From NCBI GenBank assembly GCA_964499845.1, contig CAZCMJ010000001.1, positions 1,439 to 65,438 of the forward strand: 64,000 bases of DNA, written 5' to 3'. Source of the DNA: an uncultured Methanomassiliicoccales archaeon (GTDB lineage: Archaea; Thermoplasmatota; Thermoplasmata; Methanomassiliicoccales; Methanomethylophilaceae). Positions 34,694 to 44,367 of the stretch are shown in pieces; the stretch's first letter is position 1; every line of letters begins with the position of its first letter. The notes beneath the pieces are model-generated. The model saw only the letters and a program-made list of their open reading frames with translations, had not been told where the DNA came from and made no database searches. Made by a program: the position numbers and the translations under genes.

Positions 34694-35872
34694 TTAACTC
34701 AGCGATTTTCCGACCGCCTCGGTGAGCGCCCTCAGCACATCGTCCGCAGCGGCGATGTCGGGCACCCCTCCCTGGGAGAAGTCGGGTTTGCCTCCGCCCC
34801 TGCCCCCGAAGTCCTTCAGCACGGTTCCGAGGATGGCCTTGCAGTCCACCCTCTTGTCGCCGGATGCGAGCACCACGGACACCGTGTCCCCAACGGACAC
34901 GTATGCCGCGACACCGCTTTTGGATTTGGCCGATTCCGCCGCCTCGGTGATGACGGACCTGTCCGCCGCGGGGACCTTGGCCGAGAACACGGGGCATCCG
35001 TTGACATCCTCGGGCTGTACGGAGGAGAGGATGGTGCGGACCGCGTCCTTCAGCATCTTCCTGTCCATCTCCAGCTCATGCCTCATGTTGGCCACGGCAC
35101 GGGGTGAGTCCTCGGTCTTGCATCCGATCTCATCCACGATCTCCAACGCTATGGCGGCCAGGGCGTTGGCCGCATCCTTCGCCGCATCACCGACCTTGAA
35201 TTCTATCGTCACGCCGTCCTTCCCTGCGGAGACCTTGCGGTCCACCATCAGCATCTCCAGCTCGGAGGTCTCCATGACATGGACCCCGCTGCATGCGGAC
35301 AGGTCGATGTCACCGATGGCCACGACGGAGATCTGCTCCCCCTCGGGTATCCTGTCGAGTTTGATCCTGACGTTCTCCAGTTCGGGGTCGTCCCTGTCCA
35401 TGATGCTCTTGGTTACGGGGAGGTTGTCCCTGATCGCCTGATTGGCGAAGTCCACGGCCGCCCTGATCTGCTCCCAGGTCAGGTCGTGGTTGACTATGAC
35501 GTACTTGCTCTCCGGCGAGATGAAGATCTTGGTGATCTCCAGGTCGGGGCACTGCCTCTTCAGGGAACAGAACAGGAGGTGTTCCCCCGTGTGTCCCTGC
35601 ATCAGGTCGTAGCGTCTGTCCCAGTCCACGCTGCACCAGATCCTCTCACCGACCTTCAGGTCGTTCCCGGGTACGATGTGGACGATCTCGTCGCCTTTGT
35701 AATGGACGTCCGTCACCGCCTTTCCGCGTATGTATCCGGTGTCGCACACCTGTCCGCCCCCTCCGGGGTAGAATGCGGTGCAGTCAAGCACGACCTCGTC
35801 CCCCTCTGCGGAGACGACGTGTGCCTCGAACTCGAACGTGTATCCGTCGTGTCTGAAGATCTCGTCTGCCAT
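34694..35872 (-). CDS. alaX: alanyl-tRNA editing protein AlaX (long form)
   Basis: 392 aa. Zn-binding motifs HTGEHLL and CSGVHV; C-terminal DHHA1-like GGRGGGKPDFSQG. Confidence 0.8.
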   Translation of the reverse strand: MADEIFRHDGYTFEFEAHVVSAEGDEVVLDCTAFYPGGGGQVCDTGYIRGKAVTDVHYKGDEIVHIVPGNDLKVGERIWCSVDWDRRYDLMQGHTGEHLLFCSLKRQCPDLEITKIFISPESKYVIVNHDLTWEQIRAAVDFANQAIRDNLPVTKSIMDRDDPELENVRIKLDRIPEGEQISVVAIGDIDLSACSGVHVMETSELEMLMVDRKVSAGKDGVTIEFKVGDAAKDAANALAAIALEIVDEIGCKTEDSPRAVANMRHELEMDRKMLKDAVRTILSSVQPEDVNGCPVFSAKVPAADRSVITEAAESAKSKSGVAAYVSVGDTVSVVLASGDKRVDCKAILGTVLKDFGGRGGGKPDFSQGGVPDIAAADDVLRALTEAVGKSLS

Positions 35873-36001
35873 GTCGATCGCCTTTCCAATGGGTTCCCGA
35901 ACCGCACCGTCCGATAAATAACAGTGTGATGGGTCCGTTTCAGAGGTTTCCGACCAAGCTATTATACATCCTTAGCGGATTAGGCCCTTTCGGAGATTCA
36001 A

Positions 36002-36469
36002 ATGTCCTTGGAAGACTACGACGAACTGGACAAACGTATAATCGAACTGCTCTGCAGGTCCAGTCAGGGCTCGTACAGGCAGATCGCCAAACAGCTCAAC
36101 GTCCACCCCACCACACTCATACAGAGGGTCAAGAACCTGGAGTCGAAGGGTGTGATCCAGGGATACCGTGCGAGTGTCGATTACATGAAGCTCGGTTTCG
36201 AGTACATGGGCATGGTCAGCATCTATGCGGACAACGTGGTCTCCGTCCAGGACGAGATCGTCAACCTCCCGCAGGTGATATCCGTGTTCGACGTCACCGG
36301 GGAGAGCGACTGCATCGCATGGATCGCATGTGCGGACAGGGACGAGTTCTCCGCGGCGGTCAAGGCCATCAACGCCATAGACGGTGTGAAGAAGACCAAC
36401 ACCTCGGTGATACTCGACATCAAGAAGGACCCGTTCAGCTATATCCCGCCGATCCTTCCCGACGAATGA
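36002..36469 (+). CDS. Lrp/AsnC-family transcriptional regulator
   Basis: 155 aa. An N-terminal HTH (LDKRIIELLCRSSQGSYRQIAKQLNVHPTTLIQRVKNLESKGVI) followed by a RAM domain. Confidence 0.8.
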   Translation: MSLEDYDELDKRIIELLCRSSQGSYRQIAKQLNVHPTTLIQRVKNLESKGVIQGYRASVDYMKLGFEYMGMVSIYADNVVSVQDEIVNLPQVISVFDVTGESDCIAWIACADRDEFSAAVKAINAIDGVKKTNTSVILDIKKDPFSYIPPILPDE

Positions 36470-36566
36470 TGTCGGATCGCCGTCCGAGGGGGCCGTCAGC
36501 AGACCCTCGCCACCATTTTTATATACCCTCCTAAATAGCGTGCGATATAGTTATAGAGGCGCTCTT

Positions 36567-38387
36567 ATGAGAAGAACAAACACATGCGGTGAACTGAGGT
36601 CCGCCGACCTCGGTAAGAAGGTGTGTCTCCAGGGATGGGTCAGATTCTCCAGGGACCACGGAGGAGTCGCTTTCATCGACCTCGCTGACAGGTACGGAAT
36701 CACACAGATCGTCTTCGATCCCGAGGACCTCCCCGCAGGGACGGATGTCCAGCGCATCTCGGACATCATGAGGTCGTTCACCCGTGAGTCCGTCGTTTCC
36801 GTCGACGGTATCGTCAGGAAGAGGGTCGAGGGGACGGAGGACGGAAGGAACCCCACAGGGGAGATCGAGGTGCTCATCACCGACGCGGAGCTTCTGAACA
36901 GGTCCGCCGCACCGCCCTTCGAGCTGGGGGACCAGAAGGAGGGTGTCCTCCCCAACGAGGACGTCAGGATGAAGTACAGGTACCTGGACCTCAGGAGGAC
37001 CGAGATGATCCAGGCCATGGAGTTCAGGAGCAAGCTCGTCCACCTCGCCAGACAGTATCTAGAGAAGGACGGTTTCCTCGAGATCGAGACCCCCATCCTC
37101 GGAAGGTCCACACCCGAAGGGGCGAGGGACTACGTTGTCCCCTCTAGGGTCCACCCCGGAACGTTCTATGCGCTCCCCCAGTCCCCCCAGCAGTTCAAGC
37201 AGATGCTCATGGTCGCCAGCATGGACCGTTACTACCAGGTGGCCAGATGCTTCCGTGACGAGGACTCCAGGAAGGACAGGCAGCCCGAGTTCACCCAGCT
37301 GGACATCGAGATGTCATTCGTGGACATGAAGGACATCCAGGACATGATGGAGGGAATGGTCTCCTACATCTGGAAGGGACTTTACGGAGAGGAGCTCCAG
37401 ACTCCCTTCCCCCACATCGCCTACCGCGATGCCATGGAGAGGTTCGGATCCGACAAGCCCGACATGAGGTACGGACTCGAGTTCGTCAAGTTGACCGATG
37501 TTGTCAGGGACGCACCCTACAAGATCTTCCAGAACATCCTCGCAGAGGGCGGTATCGTCGCGGGAATGAACCTGAAGGCGGATGTCGCCGGTGAGAGGAT
37601 CGGAAGGAATGATGTGGACCGTTACATCCACTACGCGAAGAAGGTCGGACTCGGAGGACTCACCTGGATGAGGTGCGTCAACGGCAAGCTCGAGAGCAAC
37701 ATCGTGAAGTACTTCACACCTGAGATCCTCGAGAACATCAAGACCACCATGGGTGCAGAGGAGGGCGACCTCCTGTTCATCGTCGCCGGACCCTGGAAGG
37801 CCACCTATGAGAGCGCCGGATTCCTCAGGAAGAAGGTCGCAGAGGACCTGGACCTCGTCCCCAAGGATCAGTTCCAGTTCTTCTGGATGGACCAGTGCCC
37901 CATGTTCGAGGTCGATCCCGTCTCTGGCAAGTATGACGCGTTCCACCACCCCTTTGTCCTCCCCGAGAACGACCTGGATGACGATTACGTGGGCGGAGCA
38001 TGCTTCGACTTGTGTCTGAACGGCAACGAGCTCGGTTCCGGATCGCTGCGTATCCACGACCCTGAACTCCAGAAGGCCGTTTTCCACAAGCTCGGTATGG
38101 ATGATGAGAGGATCGAGAGGAGCTTCGGCTACTTCGTCGAGATGCTCACATACGGTGCACCTCCCCACGGAGGTATCGCCATCGGTATCGACAGGCTGTG
38201 CGCCATCCTTCTGAACAAGGAGACCATCAGAGAGGTCATCGCCTTCCCCAAGAACAAGAGGGCCGTGTCCCTGCTCGACGGTTCACCGTCCAAGATCGAT
38301 GACGAGAAGCTCGAGGAGCTCCAGATCATCTCCCTCGCAGGGGACCTCGACCTGGGCGACTTCGAGGATTCCGACGATTCGGAGTGA
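36567..38387 (+). CDS. aspS: aspartyl-tRNA synthetase, bacterial-type (with GAD insertion), acidic C-terminal tail
   Basis: ATG 36567 (MRRTNTCGELR...). ~606 aa, collinear with bacterial AspRS (QSPQQFKQMLM, FRDEDSRKDRQPEFTQLD, GGIAIGIDR). Confidence 0.9.
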   Translation: MRRTNTCGELRSADLGKKVCLQGWVRFSRDHGGVAFIDLADRYGITQIVFDPEDLPAGTDVQRISDIMRSFTRESVVSVDGIVRKRVEGTEDGRNPTGEIEVLITDAELLNRSAAPPFELGDQKEGVLPNEDVRMKYRYLDLRRTEMIQAMEFRSKLVHLARQYLEKDGFLEIETPILGRSTPEGARDYVVPSRVHPGTFYALPQSPQQFKQMLMVASMDRYYQVARCFRDEDSRKDRQPEFTQLDIEMSFVDMKDIQDMMEGMVSYIWKGLYGEELQTPFPHIAYRDAMERFGSDKPDMRYGLEFVKLTDVVRDAPYKIFQNILAEGGIVAGMNLKADVAGERIGRNDVDRYIHYAKKVGLGGLTWMRCVNGKLESNIVKYFTPEILENIKTTMGAEEGDLLFIVAGPWKATYESAGFLRKKVAEDLDLVPKDQFQFFWMDQCPMFEVDPVSGKYDAFHHPFVLPENDLDDDYVGGACFDLCLNGNELGSGSLRIHDPELQKAVFHKLGMDDERIERSFGYFVEMLTYGAPPHGGIAIGIDRLCAILLNKETIREVIAFPKNKRAVSLLDGSPSKIDDEKLEELQIISLAGDLDLGDFEDSDDSE

Positions 38388-38400
38388 TCCAAAACCAATT

Positions 38401-38420
38401 CCCACGGGGTCTCCCGTGGG
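38401..38420 (+). terminator. GC hairpin after aspS
   Basis: CCCACGGG-GTCT-CCCGTGGG followed by GTTTCTC. Confidence 0.4.
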
Positions 38421-38632
38421 GTTTCTCATATATTCCTAAAAAAGTTTAGGAATAGCTAAATATCACCGGTGCATGGTATCGTCCGTTACCATGATACTCG
38501 GCATAAAGGCAGCAAAGAAGAAGGGCAACCGCAAGGGGTGAACTTCGACCGACCGGGGGTCCCGTATCCTGGTCCCCGGCCGGATTCTTTCAATGAAATC
38601 GTTTCCCGACCCCGGAGGGTCGGTGTTTTGAA

Positions 38633-39970
38633 TCAGAATCTGGCTTCGATCAGCTTCTTGGTGGTCTCCACGACCTCTGCGGAGGAGTACTGTCCTCCGG
38701 ACTGCTTCATGACGAATCCTATGACCTTGTTGGCGGCCTTGTCGTTCTTCTGATAGTCTGCGATGATCCCGGGGTTCTCGTCAAGGTACTTCCCGATCAT
38801 GACCTCCAGGCCCTCGGAGGCCCCCTTGGCGGCCTCGGCGTCCACGCCGGTCATGAGGCATTTGATCTCGATGCCGCACTCGGTGTCGGTGATCTCCCCT
38901 GCGGCGAATCTCTTGATGACGGTGATGACCTCGGAGGCATCTCCGTTGCGCTCCTCCATGGCCTTCCAGTTGGCGCTGACGGGTCCGGCCACCCATTTGA
39001 TGGCGTTCTGCACGTCCACGTCCCTGGCAACGGTCTCGAAGGCCTCCGCAAGTCCAATGGATGTGGACACCAGCTGTTTGGCCATCTTCTGTTCGATACC
39101 GTACTGGTCCGCGAGTCTGAGCACCATCTTCTGGGGGCTCTCCTTGATCTTGATGGCATCGGCCATCTCCTTGATGTGGTACACCCCCAGGTCGGGCTCG
39201 TCGATGTATCCGTAGTCCGCCTCGAACTCCTTCTTCCTGACGGAGATGGTGACCCCTCTCTCCTCGTCGAAGCGCCTGGTCTCCCTGTCGATCTTGCCTC
39301 CGGCCCTGAGGATCTTGGTCTGCCTGACCATCTCGAACGTCAGTGCCCTCTCCACATTCTTCAGACCGGTGACGTTCTTGACCTCGCATCTCTCCTTACC
39401 GACCGAGATGTTGCAGTCACAGCGGATGCTCCTCTCGCCATCCCCGGGCAGGTCAATGACGTGCCTGATGTCGGCGATGAGCTGTCCGAGGAACTCCCTT
39501 GCCTCCGCAGGGGTGGCGATGTCGGGTTCCGTGACGATCTCCGCCAAGGGGATACCGGACCTGTTGTAGTCCACAAGGGACGACAGGTCCCCGACTCTCT
39601 TGGTCTTGCCCGGGTCCTCCTCGATGTGGATCCTGGTGATCCTGATGGGCTTCTTCCCGTTCAGATAGTAGACACCACCCTCTCCCACGGGGTTGTCGTA
39701 CTGCGTGATCTGGACGCTCTTGCACATGTCCGGATAGAAGTAGGTCTTCCTGGAGAACCAGGTGGTGTCGGCGACCTTGCATCCGAGCATCTTGGCGAGC
39801 ATTATCCCGTATTCGAGGACCTTCTTGTTCAGAACGGGTCTCGATCCCGGCATACCGAGGCATGTGGGGCACACGTGGGTGTTGGGTGCGGGGGCGTCCG
39901 TGGTGGGACAGGAGCAGAACATCTTCGACTTCGTGGGAAGCTGCACATGGATCTCCAATCCGATCTTCAT
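38633..39970 (-). CDS. gatB: Asp/Glu-tRNA amidotransferase subunit B
   Basis: MKIGLEIHVQLPTKSKMFCSC start at 39970, with an ATGA overlap with gatA. C-terminal YqeY-like domain. Confidence 0.9.
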   Translation of the reverse strand: MKIGLEIHVQLPTKSKMFCSCPTTDAPAPNTHVCPTCLGMPGSRPVLNKKVLEYGIMLAKMLGCKVADTTWFSRKTYFYPDMCKSVQITQYDNPVGEGGVYYLNGKKPIRITRIHIEEDPGKTKRVGDLSSLVDYNRSGIPLAEIVTEPDIATPAEAREFLGQLIADIRHVIDLPGDGERSIRCDCNISVGKERCEVKNVTGLKNVERALTFEMVRQTKILRAGGKIDRETRRFDEERGVTISVRKKEFEADYGYIDEPDLGVYHIKEMADAIKIKESPQKMVLRLADQYGIEQKMAKQLVSTSIGLAEAFETVARDVDVQNAIKWVAGPVSANWKAMEERNGDASEVITVIKRFAAGEITDTECGIEIKCLMTGVDAEAAKGASEGLEVMIGKYLDENPGIIADYQKNDKAANKVIGFVMKQSGGQYSSAEVVETTKKLIEARF

Positions 39971-41295
39971 GCTCCCACCTCCGGGGCCTTCATGTCGAAC
40001 TCCTTCTCCCAATCCTCCGCCATGGAGAACAGGACATCCTCGTTCCAGTGGTCCGCCACGAACTGCATCCCGATGGGCATACCGTCGGAGCCGTATCCGC
40101 AGGGGACGGACATGTGGGGCGTACCAGCGATATTGGCCGGAACGGTCAGGTAATCCGCCTTGTAGGAGTCCAGTGCGGACATCTTGGAGATGTCGTCGAA
40201 CCTGGGTGCGGTGAAGGGCATGGTGGGTGCAAGGACCGCGTCATGGTCCGCCAGGACCCTCTTGTAATCATCGATGACGACCTTCCTCACCTGCAGGGCC
40301 TTGGCATAGTACCTGTCCCTGAATCCGACCATCCTGGTGAACGTTCCGAGGAGGATCCTCCTCTTGGCCTCATCACCGAAGTACTGGGAACGGAAGGATG
40401 TGAAGTAGTCGTCGAACTTCAGCGACAGGTCCCCGTCCTGCTGTCCGTACCTCATACCGACGTACCTTGCGAGGTTCGTGGATGCCTCGGATGTGGCGAG
40501 GACGTAGTATGCGGGCATGGCGTACTTGAGGGAGGGCATGTCCACGTACTCGACATCAACTCCCATGCGGACCAGATTGTCTACAGCATCCTTGAAAGCG
40601 GACTCCACATCCTTGGAGAGTCCCTCGATACCCTCTTTGGGGATGGCGACGGACCTCATCCTCCTGTAATCCGTCCTGAACTCGGGCTGGACACAGGACG
40701 TGGGGTCCTTCTCATCCTTCCCGGCTATTATCTTCATATATTTCTTCAGGTCCGTGGCTTTCGCGGACAGGACACCGATCTTGTCAAGGGAGTTCCCGTA
40801 GTCGATGAGTCCGTACCTGGACACACGGCCGTATGTGGGTGCGATACCGTACACACCGCAGAAGCTCGCGGGACAGCAGATCGATCCGCCTGTGGACACT
40901 CCGAGGGACACGTGGTCCTCTATGACCGCCGCCGCGCATGCGGAACCTCCGGACGATCCTCCGCAGGCCCTCTCCAGGTCGTAGGGGTTCCTGGGGACCT
41001 CCAATCCCGAGTTGGTGGAGAATGTACCGAATCCGAACTCATCCATGTTGGTCTTCCCGATGAGCTTCCCTCCGGCATCCCTCATCTTCGCGATGGAGGT
41101 GGCGTCGAATGCGGGCCTGTATCCTATCAGGATCTTCGAACCGGAGCAGGTCTCCATATCCTTGGATGTGAGGTTGTCCTTCGCGGAGAACAGGAATCCT
41201 GCGCCGTCAGCCGATGTGTCGTCGGTCATGGCGTGGAACATGGAGTACTTCCCGTTGATCTCCTTCAGTTTGGACAGAACGGAATCCGCGCTCAT
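39967..41295 (-). CDS. gatA: Asp/Glu-tRNA amidotransferase subunit A (amidase)
   Basis: 442 aa. Amidase signature GGSSGGSACAAA and the Ser-cisSer-Lys family. Confidence 0.9.
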   Translation of the reverse strand: MSADSVLSKLKEINGKYSMFHAMTDDTSADGAGFLFSAKDNLTSKDMETCSGSKILIGYRPAFDATSIAKMRDAGGKLIGKTNMDEFGFGTFSTNSGLEVPRNPYDLERACGGSSGGSACAAAVIEDHVSLGVSTGGSICCPASFCGVYGIAPTYGRVSRYGLIDYGNSLDKIGVLSAKATDLKKYMKIIAGKDEKDPTSCVQPEFRTDYRRMRSVAIPKEGIEGLSKDVESAFKDAVDNLVRMGVDVEYVDMPSLKYAMPAYYVLATSEASTNLARYVGMRYGQQDGDLSLKFDDYFTSFRSQYFGDEAKRRILLGTFTRMVGFRDRYYAKALQVRKVVIDDYKRVLADHDAVLAPTMPFTAPRFDDISKMSALDSYKADYLTVPANIAGTPHMSVPCGYGSDGMPIGMQFVADHWNEDVLFSMAEDWEKEFDMKAPEVGA

Positions 41296-41564
41296 GACAG
41301 CCTCGGCCCCCTTACATATCCCTCATAGGTGTTCATGCCCCTGAGGAGCTGGTCCGGATCGATATCCATCCTGGGCTCATCGTCCCTGAGGACATCTGCG
41401 ACCTCTATGGGGTTGACGCCCCAGTTCTCGCAACCGGGTGCCTCGTCCAGGAGTTCGAAGTACGTGAGGATCTCGCTGAGGTCGCTGCTGTACCTGTCGA
41501 GCTCCTCCTCTGTCAGTTTGATGTGGGCCGCGCGTGCGACCCTCTCCACGGTTTGCCTGTCCAT
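41292..41564 (-). CDS. gatC: Asp/Glu-tRNA amidotransferase subunit C
   Basis: MDRQTVERVARAAHIKLTEEELDRYSSDLSEILTYFELLDE. It overlaps the gatA start by 4 nt. The track ORF begins 27 nt further upstream. Confidence 0.8.
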   Translation of the reverse strand: MDRQTVERVARAAHIKLTEEELDRYSSDLSEILTYFELLDEAPGCENWGVNPIEVADVLRDDEPRMDIDPDQLLRGMNTYEGYVRGPRLS

Positions 41565-41611
41565 GTTCAGACCTTCCCGTGGCGCTATCAAGTGGCTCTA
41601 TAAAAACGGTA

Positions 41612-42151
41612 TCAATCGGTTTTCCGAAGGAAAATCAGTCCGTAGAGTGTGACACAGGTGTCGGAGAATGCGAAGGGTATGCCCTGTCCGTTCAGGTATG
41701 ATTTCATATCCAGTCCCAGAGAGGACACGGATGGGACCAACATCTCGGGGAAACGGCAGGGTTCGGGGTATGCGCACACTCCGCAGTACCTGCAGGCTCC
41801 GTCGGCGAATCCCAGGCAGTCTATGTTGTTGCTTCTGAGTTCCACCATCATCATCCTGATGATCTTCTGCATCTCCAGGCCGGTGGCCTCCAGAACATCC
41901 TTGTCCTTCACATCGAGGCAGAATGTGCGGCTCACAAGGAGCACGTCGGAGCTGGATCCGTAGAGTTCCTCCGGGTCGATGTCCACACCCGGTGGGCAAC
42001 CCCAGTTGGTGCCGTAATTGCCGCACAGGTTCTCCTCGCACCTTCCGAGGCACGTGATCCTGTCATCCTCGCTGTACTCCGGGACACGGATGTCCCTGAT
42101 GGTGTAGTCCTCGAACGAGCGGACCGACAGAACGGCTTCCCAGGCTTCCAT
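41612..42151 (-). CDS. DUF2284-like predicted metal-binding protein
   Basis: Cys clusters CLGRCEENLCGNYGTNWGCPP and CRYCGVCAYPEPC. ATG 42151 was chosen because the longer track ORF would overlap the divergent TPR gene's promoter region. Confidence 0.65.
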   Translation of the reverse strand: MEAWEAVLSVRSFEDYTIRDIRVPEYSEDDRITCLGRCEENLCGNYGTNWGCPPGVDIDPEELYGSSSDVLLVSRTFCLDVKDKDVLEATGLEMQKIIRMMMVELRSNNIDCLGFADGACRYCGVCAYPEPCRFPEMLVPSVSSLGLDMKSYLNGQGIPFAFSDTCVTLYGLIFLRKTD

Positions 42152-42284
42152 AAGATAAAATTGTATTATCAACGTTAAAAAAGTACCTATCGTCCACTCG
42201 GCGGAACGGCATCCGTCGATGGTACATATCCCTATCGAAGCACCCGGTAAAAACTGTTTTAATACCCGTGACAATCCGACCGTT

Positions 42285-42797
42285 ATGGCAGAAGCGACAC
42301 CCGAGAAGAAACTCGCCACAGCGATGAAGGCGATGGACGAGGGCGATTTCAAGAAAGCGTACACCTCATTCAAGAAACTGGTGGCCGAGTTCCCCGAGAA
42401 CGCGGACTGCTGGTATTACAAGGCCGAGTGCGGCAACTATGCATCCGGTATGTTCGGTGCCAAGGTCGACACCGAGGAGATCATGGAGGCTTACAAGAAG
42501 GCCATCGAGCTCGATGGTGAGCGTGTGGACTACTACCAGTCCTACGGATCGTTCTGTATCTCCGTGAACAAGTACGATGAGGCCGAGAAGGCGTATTGCG
42601 AGGCCGCAGAGATGGACGAGTCCATGTCATCCTCCCTGTACTCCGAGTTCGCCATCGAGTTCTACAACAACGTCATGGCCAGCTACGGTGAGATCATGGA
42701 GGACCCCAAGGCCCGTGCACCCTACGGGAAGAAGGCCCTGGAGTACATGCTCAAGGCCCTGGACATGTCCTCTGAAGAGGCGAAATCCCTTCTCTGA
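42285..42797 (+). CDS. TPR-repeat protein
   Basis: Repeated A-x-x-x-F/Y-x-K-A-hydrophobic helical pairs (FKKAYTSFKKLVAEFPENADCWYYKAECG; EAYKKAIELDGERVDYYQSYG). ATG 42285 lies within track ORF 42219-42797. Confidence 0.6.
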   Translation: MAEATPEKKLATAMKAMDEGDFKKAYTSFKKLVAEFPENADCWYYKAECGNYASGMFGAKVDTEEIMEAYKKAIELDGERVDYYQSYGSFCISVNKYDEAEKAYCEAAEMDESMSSSLYSEFAIEFYNNVMASYGEIMEDPKARAPYGKKALEYMLKALDMSSEEAKSLL

Positions 42798-42900
42798 ATC
42801 ATTTTCAAGGGGGTTCGCCCCCACCTTCACCCTTATGCATCCCTCATCTTCTCTGACAGATTGCCGTGTGTTCATCTGTTGTTTATCCAGTTCCTATGAC

Positions 42901-43022
42901 TAGACAAATGTCTAATCGATTCTATTTTATACATTCGTTCAGCTACTAAACATCACTTTGAATCGATGAATTATTATAGATTAGACAAATGACCAATCAT
43001 TCCCAATTGAATTAGTCAAATG
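42901..43022 (+). promoter_or_regulatory. three copies of TAGWCAAATG around the amt-glnK TATA box (candidate nitrogen operator)
   Basis: TAGACAAATGTCTA (42901-42914, perfect palindrome TAGACA-AA-TGTCTA), TAGACAAATGACCA (42982-42995, directly after TATA TTATTATAGA) and TAGTCAAATG (43013-43022, overlapping the SD GGAGG). Confidence 0.45.
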
Positions 43023-43032
43023 GAGGATTAAG

Positions 43033-44358
43033 ATGAAGTTCGGAATGAAGGTGTTCATCGCAACAGTGTTCATCGCAACGGTCGTGCTGTCTTTGACCGT
43101 GTTCGCCGGGGATCCCGTCTCGGCCCGTCCCCTGGGGGAGGACCCTGCGGACTACGCGAATGTGTCATGGATCCTGATATGCTCGGCACTGGTGTTCATC
43201 ATGAGCCCCGGGGTCGCCCTGTTCTACGGCGGGATGTTGAGGAAGCAGAGTATGACATCTATGATCGCCCAGACGCTCTTCGCCATGGCCATCATGTCCG
43301 TCTCGTGGGTCGTCGTCGGTTACTCGTTGGCGTTCTCCGACGGGAACATGTTCGTCGGCGGTCTGGATCATGTCCTTCTCAGGGGAGTGGATGCTGATGT
43401 GATCGGCGGATATCCCGTTCCGGACCTGGAGTTCATGCTCTTCCAGATGATGTTCGCGATGATCACCGCGGTCATCGTCCTTGGAGCCTGTGCGGAGCGT
43501 ATGAAGTACACGGCCATCGTCTGGTTCCTGGCGGTGTGGTCGGTCCTGGTGTATGCACCCATGGCCCACATGGTCTGGGGCGGAGGGTTCCTGGAGAGCG
43601 GATTGCCGTTCGGCATGACCACGGTGGATTTTGCCGGGGGCACCGTCGTCCACATATGTGCCGGGGCCACGGGTCTGGCCTTGGTCACGTATCTGGGGAA
43701 GAGGAGCGACAAGGTCTCCAAGAGGTCCCACAGCATCCCGCTGACCTTCATGGGCTGTTTCCTGCTTTGGTTCGGATGGATCGGGTTCAACGGCGGTTCG
43801 GGTCTGGCGGCAGACGGGGTGGCGGTGAACGCCATAGTGGTCTCCCAGATCTCCGCAGTGTGCGCATTGGTGTCCTGGGCCGTCGTTCAGTACATGCATG
43901 TGGGCCGTGTGGGCGGTCTCGGTCTCATAGCAGGGGCCATCGCCGGATTGGTCGCCATAACTCCTGCCGCAGGATCCGTCGGTCCGACGGACGCCATCAT
44001 GATCGGTCTGGTCGGAGGTGTGGTCTGTTACTTCGGGGTAATCCTCATGAGGGGCAGGTCCGGGTTGGACGATGCCCTCGATGTGATGGGTGTCCACGGT
44101 ATCGGAGGGATATGGGGTGCGGTCGCCACGGGTCTGTTCGCCGATGCCGCGAGCGGAGGTCTGTTGTATTCGGGTGATTGGCATTTGATCGCGGGACAGT
44201 TGGTGGCCGTCGCGTTCACCCTTGTGTTCTGTTTCACCGTATCTTACATCATAGTACGGGTGCTGGGGAGGTTGATCGAAGGGGTCCGCATCTCGGAGGA
44301 TGAGGAGGCCATGGGTCAGGACATCGTCGAGCACGGTGAACCGGCCTATGTCATGTGA
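43033..44358 (+). CDS. amt: ammonium transporter
   Basis: 441 aa with multiple TM helices. Amt signatures DFAGGTVVH and GVHGIGGIWG. Confidence 0.9.
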   Translation: MKFGMKVFIATVFIATVVLSLTVFAGDPVSARPLGEDPADYANVSWILICSALVFIMSPGVALFYGGMLRKQSMTSMIAQTLFAMAIMSVSWVVVGYSLAFSDGNMFVGGLDHVLLRGVDADVIGGYPVPDLEFMLFQMMFAMITAVIVLGACAERMKYTAIVWFLAVWSVLVYAPMAHMVWGGGFLESGLPFGMTTVDFAGGTVVHICAGATGLALVTYLGKRSDKVSKRSHSIPLTFMGCFLLWFGWIGFNGGSGLAADGVAVNAIVVSQISAVCALVSWAVVQYMHVGRVGGLGLIAGAIAGLVAITPAAGSVGPTDAIMIGLVGGVVCYFGVILMRGRSGLDDALDVMGVHGIGGIWGAVATGLFADAASGGLLYSGDWHLIAGQLVAVAFTLVFCFTVSYIIVRVLGRLIEGVRISEDEEAMGQDIVEHGEPAYVM

Positions 44359-44367
44359 GGTGATGTC

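Noticed and set aside
38469-38753. 94-aa plus-strand ORF in the aspS-gatB spacer
   Set aside because: It runs antisense into gatB and has Pro/Gly/Arg-rich, non-genic composition. The region is better explained by RNA hairpins.
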